A stretch of DNA of 64,000 nt, from assembly GCA_000004985.1 (NCBI GenBank), contig GG738851.1, one strand, 5' to 3'. The notes beneath the pieces are model-generated. The model was not told the origin of the DNA and did not search any database. It was given only the letters and a program-made list of their open reading frames with translations. How positions within the stretch are numbered: position 1 is the first letter of the stretch; every line of letters starts with the position of its first letter. The position numbers were made by a program, and so were the translations under genes. This document shows positions 54,220 through 64,000 of the stretch, piece by piece. This DNA is from Naegleria gruberi. Taxonomy: Eukaryota.

Positions 54220-55809
54220 TTATTCTTCTCTAATAATTAAATCTTCTCCATCATCATCTTCATCATCACCCAAGTCAATAACAATTCCAGAATTTTCAGA
54301 ATTTGAGGCAGTTTCATTAACGGCAGGAGCCTTTGTGGTATTGGTGGAAAACATTTGATTGGTAATGTAGGATTGAGAGGTATCCTTCATATCAACTTTA
54401 AGTGATGGTAAGAAGTAAATAGCCAACATTATACAGTAAAAATTCAATAATGGGAAAACACCTAAATATTGAACTGCATTATCACTAGTGTTCAAAATTA
54501 AGAATGAGAACATGTTAGCACCCAAAACAACTAAAACTAAGAATGTTAAAATAAAGAAATATTTGAATCTAACGGAGGATTGGTTAGTGTTAGAATAAGA
54601 GATAATATTCATAGCCAATTTGTCCTTCAATTCTTGATTCAATGGTTGAGTATTGTTCAAATTCTCAGCTAATTGAATAAAATCATTACCACCCAAAGTC
54701 TTGAAAATTTGATAAAAGATGTAAAGCAACATTAATCCACCCAAACCAATTACACCAATTCTAATAATACCAAATAATGGGGCATCAATCAAGTAACTAT
54801 ACATTAATCTATCACTAAATGTTTCATATCTTTCAAATAATAAACTAACAGTCAAACAACACCAGAATAATAATGTAAAGATTGACTTCCAAATATAAAA
54901 GTTTACAGTACGAAGCTTTGGATGGGTGTTTGCTGATGCTGTAATTACCATCAAAAATAATAAAAAGAAACTAATAAATGTAGATTGGAAGATAATATTT
55001 AAAAATGGTAAAATCCAATCATTTGCTAACCATTCACCAATAAATAAAGGATTATTGAATAAAATTAATGAAATTAATAAAAATAAAATCCATTTTTGTT
55101 CAGTCTTGGCATATCTGAATGTTTGATATTTAAGAAGAATGAAAGAATAGAAAATGAAAATGATAATACTAATAGCTGCATATAAATATCTCATAACAGA
55201 TTCAAATGTAGTAAAATCAGACCTTATAGTTTCCAATCTATAGAATAATGTATCACTTCTTAATAATGAAGAAACATCCAAATTTTCAATTTGAACTTTG
55301 ATTCTATATGTTGGATATGAAATATATCTTTCACGATAGACAATCACTGGAGCACAGAAATAACTTTTTCCATTATAATCAGCACTTGTACCACATTGTA
55401 ATGCTCTTTGAATTGTAAATTTTTCAGAAACAATAGGATGGAAAGTAGTATCATCATTACTACCTTCAATAGATAAAATATTTAACTTGAGATCCTTCTT
55501 GTTCAATCCACTCACAAAATTTTCGTTTTCTCTAAAAAGTAATGAAATTGTCACTTCTTGATTTGATTTAACTAATCTTGATGTTTGAATAGTAAATTGA
55601 TCTTGGCCTTTTAAAATTTTAGAATAATCATCGGCAGTTGTTATTACTTTGTGTTCAATATGTTGTTTAACTGTTGGAGCAAAGAATAAAATACCAACAC
55701 TTCCGAACACTGACAAGAAGAAGAAGATGAATGTTAAAACGATAGACCAACTAGGTAATGTATCAATCAGTACACTATAATTTGGAGGTGGTGCTTTTTC
55801 GTTTGCCAT
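54220..55809 (-). CDS. Wntless/TMEM181-like multipass membrane protein (N-terminal TM, ~200-aa lumenal domain, 7-8 TM core, acidic C-tail)
   Basis: 529 aa with ATG at 55807-55809. The first TM is WSIVLTFIFFFLSVFGSVGILFF. A lumenal domain follows, then a cluster of seven or more hydrophobic helices. The C-terminus is GDDEDDDGEDLIIREE. The topology resembles the Wntless/TMEM181 family; the call rests on architecture, not strong motif identity. Confidence 0.45.
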   Translation of the reverse strand: MANEKAPPPNYSVLIDTLPSWSIVLTFIFFFLSVFGSVGILFFAPTVKQHIEHKVITTADDYSKILKGQDQFTIQTSRLVKSNQEVTISLLFRENENFVSGLNKKDLKLNILSIEGSNDDTTFHPIVSEKFTIQRALQCGTSADYNGKSYFCAPVIVYRERYISYPTYRIKVQIENLDVSSLLRSDTLFYRLETIRSDFTTFESVMRYLYAAISIIIFIFYSFILLKYQTFRYAKTEQKWILFLLISLILFNNPLFIGEWLANDWILPFLNIIFQSTFISFFLLFLMVITASANTHPKLRTVNFYIWKSIFTLLFWCCLTVSLLFERYETFSDRLMYSYLIDAPLFGIIRIGVIGLGGLMLLYIFYQIFKTLGGNDFIQLAENLNNTQPLNQELKDKLAMNIISYSNTNQSSVRFKYFFILTFLVLVVLGANMFSFLILNTSDNAVQYLGVFPLLNFYCIMLAIYFLPSLKVDMKDTSQSYITNQMFSTNTTKAPAVNETASNSENSGIVIDLGDDEDDDGEDLIIREE

Positions 55810-55963
55810 TTTTTTTAATTTTAAAAATAATTATTTGATGATGCAATAATCAAAAATCCTCCAATTAGATTCTTATTGTCATGTTGGATTTTTTATTGAG
55901 TGATCAGTAATTACGGAAATATCAGTTTTAGAAATATTTTTTTTTATTTATTTTTTACATTTT

Positions 55964-57913
55964 TTACTTTTCCTTGAATTCAGCATCGTTTGGTGATTGA
56001 GTGTTTGGTTGTTGTTGAGTTTGTCTAGAATTGGCTTGTTCCTTGTAGTGTTGTTCAGCCAACTTAGCTTGAGTTTGCTTCAAAGCATCCAAAGAAGTCT
56101 TGAGTTGATCCAAGTTATCAGCTTGCATAGCTTCACGAACAGCTCTAACTTCATTTTCAGCCTTAGTCTTCAAATCAGCAGCGAGCTTTGAACCCAAATC
56201 CTTGATGTGTTGTTCAGCCAAGTGAACAGTAGTATCAGCTTCATTCTTAGCATCAATCAAACTCTTTCTCTTAGCATCTTCTTCAGCGAACTTTTCAGCT
56301 TCATCTTGCATTCTCTTGATGTCAGCATCAGTCAAACCACCAGATGATTGAATAGTAATTTGTTGTTCCTTTCCTGAAGCCTTATCAACAGCACTGACGT
56401 TCAAAATACCGTTAGCATCAATATCGAAAGTAACTTCAATTTGTGGAACACCTCTTGGAGCTGGTGGAACACCAACCAAATCGAATTGACCTAACAATTT
56501 GTTATAAGCAGCAATTTCTCTTTCACCTTGGAAGATCTTAATACCAACTTGAGTTTGGTTATCAGCAGCAGTGGAGAAGATTTGAGACTTCTTGGTTGGA
56601 ATAGTAGTATTACGATTAATCATTCTACTGAAAACACCACCCAAAGTTTCAATACCCAAAGACAATGGAGTAACATCGAGCAAGACAATACCATCAACAT
56701 CACCTCTCAAAACACCACCTTGAATAGCAGCACCAAGAGCAACAACTTCATCAGGGTTAACATTCTTTGATGGCTTTCTTCCGAAGAATTCAGAAACCAA
56801 AGTTTGAACACGAGGCATACGAGTCATACCACCGACAAGAACGACTTCATTGATATCCTTCAAAGTAATACCAGCATCCTTCAAACACTTCTTACATGGT
56901 TCAATAGTACGATTAATCAAATCAGCACACATTTGTTCGAATTTAGATCTAGTCAAATCCATGAGCAAGTTCTTTGGTCCGGAAGCATCAGCACAGATGA
57001 AAGGCAAGTTAATTTCAGATGATTGAGCAGATGACAATTCAATCTTAGCCTTTTCAGCAGCTTCTCTGACACGTTGGAGAGACATTGGATCCTTTGACAA
57101 ATCAACACCTTCCTTTGCCTTGAAATCAGCAATAATCCATTCAACAATCTTGTGATCGAAATCTTCACCACCCAAGAAAGTATCACCATTGGTAGCCTTA
57201 ACTTCAAAGACACCATCTTGAATTTCAAGAATAGAAACGTCGAAAGTACCACCACCCAAATCGTAGACAGCAATGATACCGTGCTTTGATGAATCCAAAC
57301 CATAAGCAAGAGCAGCAGCAGTTGGTTCGTTGATAATTCTTTCAACAGTAAGTCCGGAAATTTGACCAGCATCCTTGGTAGCTTGTCTTTGAGAATCGTT
57401 AAAGTAAGCTGGAACAGTAATGATGGCTTGAGTAATCTTTTCACCTAAATATTGTTCAGCAGTTTCCTTCATCTTTTGCAAAATAAAAGCACCAACTTGG
57501 GATGGTGACAAATCCTTTCCACCAGCTCTAACCCAAGCATCTCCATTTGGTCCACGAATAATATCGTATGGGACAATTTCCATATCACGTTTAGTCATTG
57601 GATCATCGAAACGACGACCAATCAATCTCTTAATAGCAGTGAGTGTATTCTTTGGGTTTGTAACAGCTTGTCTCTTAGCCAAAGCACCTACAAGCAAGTT
57701 ACCATCTTTATCGAAAGCAACAACTGATGGAGTGGTTCTAGCACCAATATCGTTTTCAATAACACGAGCAGACTTGTTAGATTCCATAACAGCAACACAA
57801 CTGTTAGTAGTACCCAAGTCAATACCAATGATCTTGTTTCTTTGTTGTTGTTGAGTAAGACCCATCATTTGGGATTTCTTGATGTTTCGCAGTAATTTGT
57901 TTCCTCTGAACAT
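55964..57913 (-). CDS. HSPA9: Mitochondrial Hsp70 (DnaK-type; HSPA9/SSC1 ortholog)
   Basis: 649 aa with ATG at 57911-57913. An N-terminal presequence is followed by [29 protein letters not shown] and [16 protein letters not shown]. The C-terminal lid ends with a Q/N-rich tail. Confidence 0.95.
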   Translation of the reverse strand: MFRGNKLLRNIKKSQMMGLTQQQQRNKIIGIDLGTTNSCVAVMESNKSARVIENDIGARTTPSVVAFDKDGNLLVGALAKRQAVTNPKNTLTAIKRLIGRRFDDPMTKRDMEIVPYDIIRGPNGDAWVRAGGKDLSPSQVGAFILQKMKETAEQYLGEKITQAIITVPAYFNDSQRQATKDAGQISGLTVERIINEPTAAALAYGLDSSKHGIIAVYDLGGGTFDVSILEIQDGVFEVKATNGDTFLGGEDFDHKIVEWIIADFKAKEGVDLSKDPMSLQRVREAAEKAKIELSSAQSSEINLPFICADASGPKNLLMDLTRSKFEQMCADLINRTIEPCKKCLKDAGITLKDINEVVLVGGMTRMPRVQTLVSEFFGRKPSKNVNPDEVVALGAAIQGGVLRGDVDGIVLLDVTPLSLGIETLGGVFSRMINRNTTIPTKKSQIFSTAADNQTQVGIKIFQGEREIAAYNKLLGQFDLVGVPPAPRGVPQIEVTFDIDANGILNVSAVDKASGKEQQITIQSSGGLTDADIKRMQDEAEKFAEEDAKRKSLIDAKNEADTTVHLAEQHIKDLGSKLAADLKTKAENEVRAVREAMQADNLDQLKTSLDALKQTQAKLAEQHYKEQANSRQTQQQPNTQSPNDAEFKEK

Positions 57914-58633
57914 TTTGTATATGTTATGGTGTTAGTAGTGTTTATATTTTTTTTCACGACAATATTGAACAAGCTCCTTTTTAAAGCCTCGCTTGCTCGC
58001 TGTGTTTTCTTCAATTAAAAGCACAACCCAATCAACTTGTACACCGCAAAGATTGGTAATTTTGCTTGCCGTCTCACACAAATTGATAGAGTAATGGATT
58101 AAATCCGTTACAGCTTAAAAGTGATTTGCTTTGAAAACTTCCCGTTAGCTACCCAATAAGAACCAGTTGAAACAAATATTTGAATTGGACCGACTTGAAG
58201 TTTTTCCGACTATTGTTTTCCGAGCTCGGAATGTTTAGCTTTACAATAATATCTTTCCGAATCAGCTACAATCAATTTATTTCAATGGGAAAATGACTAA
58301 ACTTGTTTAATGTTTGTTATCAAGGATGTCTTTATGTTGCATAAAGATTTGTACTTCTCTTCAATGATTTGTTTACAGCAAGATTTATCAATATTGTGAA
58401 ACAAAATATTGCTTTTGAAGAAAATTGTCATACAGCTTGTCAACAATTGCAATGCTATTCTCCTCAAAGCGAACAAAAGGAATTCCAAGTAACAGAATTA
58501 TTAGAAAGTTAGCTGGTGTGATAGAGAACATGTTCCAACCATCTCTAACATATAAATAATTTTAAAAAATTAAATTAATTTGCAAAAAAATTTTGAAAGC
58601 TCTCATCATCACATTTATTTGTTTTCATAAAAA

Positions 58634-61495
58634 ATGTTAGGACAAACAATAACGTTGGATGAAATCGAAAGAGTAGATCGTGAATCGATAGGATTTACTA
58701 ATTTAATTGAAGATAGATATATTTCCTACTCTGATTGTAATAATGAATACTTAAATAGTGACCATATTATGAATCACCAACTTTATACAATTTCAAATAC
58801 TCTTGGTCTTATTGCTTTTATTAATAGTGAAGATTGCATTAAAATATCATCAACTTTTGATATTCACGAATACATACAAAAGAGACTTGAGAGTTTACCA
58901 AAAACTATTTATGAATACAAATTAGACTCTACACCTAATTTTATAAAATTTTCAGAGAATGGAATGAACTTAGTATTTTCCGTAAAAGATGAAATTATTA
59001 TCTTTAATTTTACAAAGGATTTAAAATTTAAACAATTGAGACATAAATTCGATTCGGAAATTGTGGAATTTGATTGCAAGCTTGACAATAAGATATTTGT
59101 TTTATTAAGTACAAATAATATCCATTACTTAAACTATGAACAGGATATAGTAGTTAAAAAGTTAGAATGTGTAACTGATTGTTCAACAATTTGTTCAAAC
59201 AACAAAATATTGAACAGCTATTTACTTGTTGGTACAAACACAAGTGATCTAATTCTTGTGAACTTTGATAAGGATTTAGTTTTATTTAAGTGTAAAATTG
59301 ACGATATTCAGAGAGTTCATTGTTTAAATTGGTTTGACAACTTTTATTGTACATTTTCTACTTTTGTACCTTATAATGATGCAGTGGATTTTAAAATTGT
59401 AATTTTACAATTGAATCATGAATGCTTTAAAGGTCAACCATCTAGTGATGTGGAATTAGTAGTAAACGGCGGATCTTGCATGGAATTTTTCCCAGATTAT
59501 CAAAAACCAGTAACAATTGATAATACATGCAGATATCATACAGTTTATTTGGATCATTGGAAGATGCTGTTGTGCTCCACCAGTACTGATAGTAGACTTG
59601 TTGTCTTCCAACAAATCGATGACAAGTTTAACTTATTAGCACTTAATAACAAGTGGTCTATTGATACTTTCCCACTTTATGAGGATAATCCAACTTTCTC
59701 TTTGGGACTAGTTGCCGATTTTGGTTATGACTACCAAATAGACAATATCAAAAGTAAGACTGATGCAGCAAAGCATGAAGCCTCACCTCTCATTCATATA
59801 TATCTGTCCAGTGGGTTTATTGTTACTTATGCATTAACTAATTGTGATGAATTGAAGAAATATCCAGTAGTACACGCATCACAAAGCTTAACTAATTTAA
59901 AGATTGAGGAACTAGCCGAAGAGAAAAAAGAACCAATTGTAGAAAAAGTGGAAATAACTCCAACTATTGAAGAAAAGCCAAAAGATTCACCTGTTCCTGA
60001 ACAAAAAAATATTACAGAGGTTATATCTCCTGTAAAGGAGGAAAAACCTGTAGAAACAATCATTCCAGAGGTGAAGAAGTCTCCAGAAGTTACAAAGCAA
60101 CCATCATTCGAACAACCAAAGATACAATTTAATCCAGTTACCAATAATACTAGTAATTTAGGAGGATTTAGTTTTGGAAATACCAATACATCCAATACTT
60201 TCAATTTTAATGCTGTAACCAAACCAACTCAACCAAACATTACATTTCCAACAGTTGCAGCTCAACCAAAGCCAATTATTCCTCCAACCACACAACCAAC
60301 ATTACCTGAACCTAATATCCAAAAACAACCTTTGGCTCAACCTAGGAGTAATGTTATGGAAAAGATAACACCGAATGTTACAACAGGAATTGTTGACAAG
60401 AATATGATCCAATCACTTAATAATTTTTCTTCCAATTTAACATCAGTTAATGCTGAAAGTGGTGTTTTCAAAAATGATATCAAGCCAATCATTGGTAAAC
60501 CACTAAAACATGAGCCAATTAACCAAATACCACTCATTCCTAAAACCAAACCTTCCCAGAATCCTTCAAAGCCATCATCTTCCATTTCGAGTTTTAAAAA
60601 TGATTTAGCTGTTATTCAGTCAAAGTCTTCAAAGTCTAAGTCCGACGAAAAAATTCAACAATTATCCAAGGATACAGCCAAGAAAGTTCAAGATGCCAGA
60701 GTTAAATTTAGCTTGTTGAAGAATGTTATAGAGAACATCAATAATAACCAGGAAAATGATTTGAAATTTATCAAACAAGATATTTCAACAATTAGATCAA
60801 ATATTGATAAATTGAATGATGAATTAATTAAGAGTGACGAGTCATTAAAACAAAGAGTAGAGAGACTGAACGAATACCTAAATAGAGAATGCTCAATTGT
60901 AGAGTTATTAGGTATGAAAATCCAACAAAATAGAAAAGAGTCAGTGAAAGAAACAGGATTGGATGAGACTGCTCAATATTTCAAAGATATTATTTCTCAC
61001 AAGTTTAATAACATAATAACTAATATTGAAGGGTTGGAAAATCAAGTTAAGCGTAAATTAAACTTGATTCCACAGAAAACTCCAACATTGATTTGCTTAC
61101 AAAATACTTTAAGTTTGCAAAGAAACAGAGCTGTTGAATACAGAAAGTATGTCTTGAGTATTTCTCAAGCATTGCACTCTAAGGAACATACCTCAGCTAC
61201 AGATTTATTTATTCAAAATTTAGCAATGAAAAAGGCTAACCATGAATCAAACCAAAATGGTAGTGCATTGAAAAATATTGAAATGACCAGGATCAAACCA
61301 ATAGTTAATAATTCTTCAATTTTGAAGAAGAAAATAAGTCTTATTCATGAAGATGATACAACTATTTTCCAAGATTATGAAAATATTGATGAAATTTCGG
61401 ATATTTCTTATGAGGATGATGAATCCAAGAACCCACTCAATCAATCTTTTATTCAATCTGAAAATTCATCACTTGATCTCTTAGATGAAGAAGAT

Positions 61496-61530
<35 letters not shown>

Positions 61531-64000
61531 AACAGTGACAAATTCTCCAATCAATTTCAATTCAAACAAACAACAAAATTTTGCAGCAGCCACTACATCG
61601 TTCCCAAATACATTTGTTCCACCAAAACAAACAAATGGAGGCTTCAACTTTGGAGAAACAAAGACAGTACCAGCTACTACAAATACTCCTTTCAATGCAT
61701 CACTTTCTAGTAAGACAACTGCTCCAAACACTCAATTTAATTTAGCCTCTGTCATGGAGCCAAAGAAAGAAGCCACTTCTTCATTGCCAAATTCAGTATC
61801 GACTCCAACTTTAAATTCTGGTTTCAATTTTGGACCTAAAGTCGATGCAACCACTAAGCCTTCTACTGTAAACATACCACCAATTGCTTTTGGGACCACT
61901 CCTGGATTCGATTTTGGAAAGAAGGAGGAATCCACAACAGCTCTTCCTAAACCAGCTACAACTACTGGATTTACATTTACTTCAAAGGAAGAACCAAAAC
62001 ATGCTATCACAACTCCAACAGTAATGCCAATTGCAACTAAAACAGAAACGACACCATTAGTGAGTGTTAATCCATCTGCTGGATTTAGTTTTGGAGCAGA
62101 TACCAAAAAGGAAGTAAATCCAATACCAATGGCTGGTGGATCTTCTGGTTTTAATTTTGGATCAACTAAAATTGATTCACAGAAAGAAGAACCAAAGTCT
62201 GAAACAGCTAAAACAGAGCCAAAATTGGATACAAAGAAAGAAAATTCCTTAGACAGTGAGTCCACAAGTTCTAAGGTTGAAACAAAACCTTTGTCTAATT
62301 CATTTAACACCGCACCTTTCCCGTTAGGAATTAAGAAAGAGGAACCTAAAGTTGAAAATAAGACAGAAGAGCCAAAGAAGGAAACTCCAACCTTAATAGA
62401 AAAGAAAGAAACCAAAGAAGAAACCAAGACAGCAACTACAACAGGATTTAATTTTGGAACAGATACCAAAAAGGAATCAATCCCAACAACTGGCTTCTCT
62501 TTTGGAAAAACAGAATCAACACTAGGTAAAACTGAACAAAAGGAAGAATCCAAGAAATCTGAAGTATCAGAAAAACCAAAAGAAGAACCTAAACCTGTAG
62601 CTTTCGACTTTGGTAAGAAGGAAGAATCAAATATTTCTGATATTTTCCCATCCAAAAAGATTGCAACTTCACCAGTAAGCTCAGAAAGGAGCAGTTTCTT
62701 TGAGTCACCACCACCTGTTACTGATTCAAAAGTTTTACTCACAGGTTTTGCTAATACTATTCCATCAAATGACAAACTTTCATTTAATTTCCCTTCAACC
62801 TCATCTACCTCTTCCACTGAAGCTAAGAATATTCAAGTAGAAGCAAACAAAGAAGAAACAAATAAGGAAGAACCAAAACAAGAAACCAAGAAAGAAGAGC
62901 CAAAGAAGGAAACACCAGTCTTGGTAGAAAAGAAAGAAGAAACAAAGCCTGCAACCACAACTCCAACCACAAGTGGTTTTTCTTTTGCCACTACTTCAGG
63001 TAACAGTGGATTCAGTTTTGCTAACACAAAACTTCCAGAATCCAAACCTGCAGAAGTGACAACACCAAAGGCCGAAGAAACAAAACCTATTGAAACAAAA
63101 TCTAATGCTTTTGGAACTAACCCATTCAACACATTACCAGCTGTCACAAAACCTGCCGAGACCACATCCTTCACCTCATCAAATACTGTATCAAACACTC
63201 CAACCACTACCCCTACTACTAACACTATGGGATTTAACTCTATTCCAACCTCACAACCAATCTCAACACCAAAGGATGAAAATGGTATGGAGGATAATGA
63301 TGATGTTATTATTGGAGCTAGTGGAATGGGATCTCTTTCTTTGGGAGCACCAAATAATAATAATGCAACTCCATCTGGATTCACTTCATTCTTGAATAAT
63401 AATACTGGGTCATCATCAAATATTTCATCTGCTTTCCCATCAAGTAATACTATTACTACTTTTGGTACAGGCAATAATAGTGGAGGCTCTTTCTTTGAGC
63501 CTGTGAATAGCTCTGTAGGAGATTCTCCATTCTCGAATCCATCCTCTAATTCCTCATTACCATTCTCATTCCAAGGTAATTCTTCATTTGGAGCTCAGGG
63601 ATCATTTAGCTTTGATTCTGGTAGAAATTCTGGTATTGGAACATCAACAACTCAACCAAATGGTGGCTTTGGTACTAGTAGTTTTGGAAATACTAATAAT
63701 AATCAAAATTCTGTATTGACAAGTGGTTTTGGTTCAAACACACTCAATACTGATACAACAAAAACATTTGGAACATCATTTGGATCATCTGGATTTGCAA
63801 CTAAATCAAATACTCAACCAGCAACAAGTGGTGGCTTTGGTAGTGGTGGATTTGGCAGTGGAGGCTTTGGATCAGGAGGTTTTGCAAGTAATTCAACCAA
63901 TAATGCACAACCAGTTTCAACCAGTGGTGGATTTGGATCAAGTGGATTTGCAGCTACATCAAACTCTTCTGGATTTGGATCACTTGCAAGTGGTTCTAGC
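58634..64000 (+). CDS. Large FG-repeat nucleoporin (Nup214/Nup159-like architecture: structured N-terminal domain, coiled-coil, >1000 aa of FxFG/GFxFG/SxFG/GGFG repeats); 3'-truncated by window end
   Basis: ATG at 58634. I read an open frame from there through position 64000 (more than 1780 codons) without a stop. It is absent from the ORF table, which is consistent with the missing stop. The N-terminal ~400 aa is structured. The 720-1000 region is a coiled-coil (LNDELIKSDESLKQRVERLNEYL). There are then dozens of GFSFG/GFNFG/GFDFG/GFTFT units, charged KEE spacers, and a terminal GGFGSGGFGSGGFG run. Antisense ORFs 61732..62817 and 62833..63474 are low-complexity artefacts. Confidence 0.75.

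Noticed and set aside
56953-57444. 163-aa minus-strand ORF inside mtHsp70
   Set aside because: It is an alternate frame of the Hsp70 coding sequence. Hsp70 conservation identifies the true frame unambiguously.
61732-63474. Long antisense ORFs (361 aa and 213 aa) opposite the FG-nucleoporin
   Set aside because: The FG-repeat DNA lacks stops on the reverse strand. The translations are poly-G/S/V/F low complexity with no start context, so they are artefacts.

Overview
This window is AT-rich (roughly one-third GC), gene-dense nuclear DNA from a unicellular eukaryote. I found no prokaryotic features, no CRISPR arrays and no recognisable transposons. About 36 protein-coding genes are packed roughly one per 1.8 kb on both strands, with short spliceosomal GT..AG introns of about 44-150 nt and the standard genetic code. 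Most coding regions are intronless.

RNA genes: three dispersed same-orientation 5S rRNA genes (~119 nt) on the minus strand at 1328-1446, 20533-20651 and 49890-50008, and one intron-containing tRNA-Tyr(GUA) on the minus strand at 3986-4069.

Recognisable proteins include:
- housekeeping and organellar: a flavin amine oxidase, QTRT1 (tRNA-guanine transglycosylase), ribosomal protein L22e, a Rab GTPase with a 15-nt micro-exon, a longin R-SNARE, proteasome chaperone PSMG2/PAC2, SDA1, an EF-hand protein, a short-chain dehydrogenase (SDR), and mitochondrial Hsp70;
- complex I related: accessory subunits NDUFA5 and an NDUFB3-like protein as adjacent genes, plus the assembly methyltransferase NDUFAF7/MidA;
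- signalling: a receptor-like Ser/Thr kinase with an extracellular NHL propeller and about 25 EGF-like repeats, a very large multi-pass PAS-containing class III adenylyl cyclase, and a Ser/Thr kinase fused to a degenerate Rab-like pseudo-GTPase domain;
- transport and membrane: an ABCG half-transporter and a Wntless/TMEM181-like multipass protein;
- other notable families: a TauD-like dioxygenase-fold pseudoenzyme, a PGPG(x)Y sperm-tail-repeat (STPGR) protein, and a giant FG-repeat nucleoporin that runs off the end of the window.

Several secreted or surface proteins are present: a PTPE-repeat mucin-like protein, two tandem small Cys-rich proteins with a predicted GPI anchor (hydrophobic C-terminal tail), a 1090-aa glycoprotein, a convergent pair of paralogs with a MACPF-like motif whose stop codons overlap, and a small secreted polybasic repeat protein.

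Mitochondrial complex I and flagellar-type genes, receptor kinases and cyclases together suggest a free-living amoeboid or amoeboflagellate protist. A heterolobosean (Naegleria-like) or amoebozoan origin is possible, but the sequence alone does not settle it. All family assignments are from motif recognition by eye; I ran no database searches.
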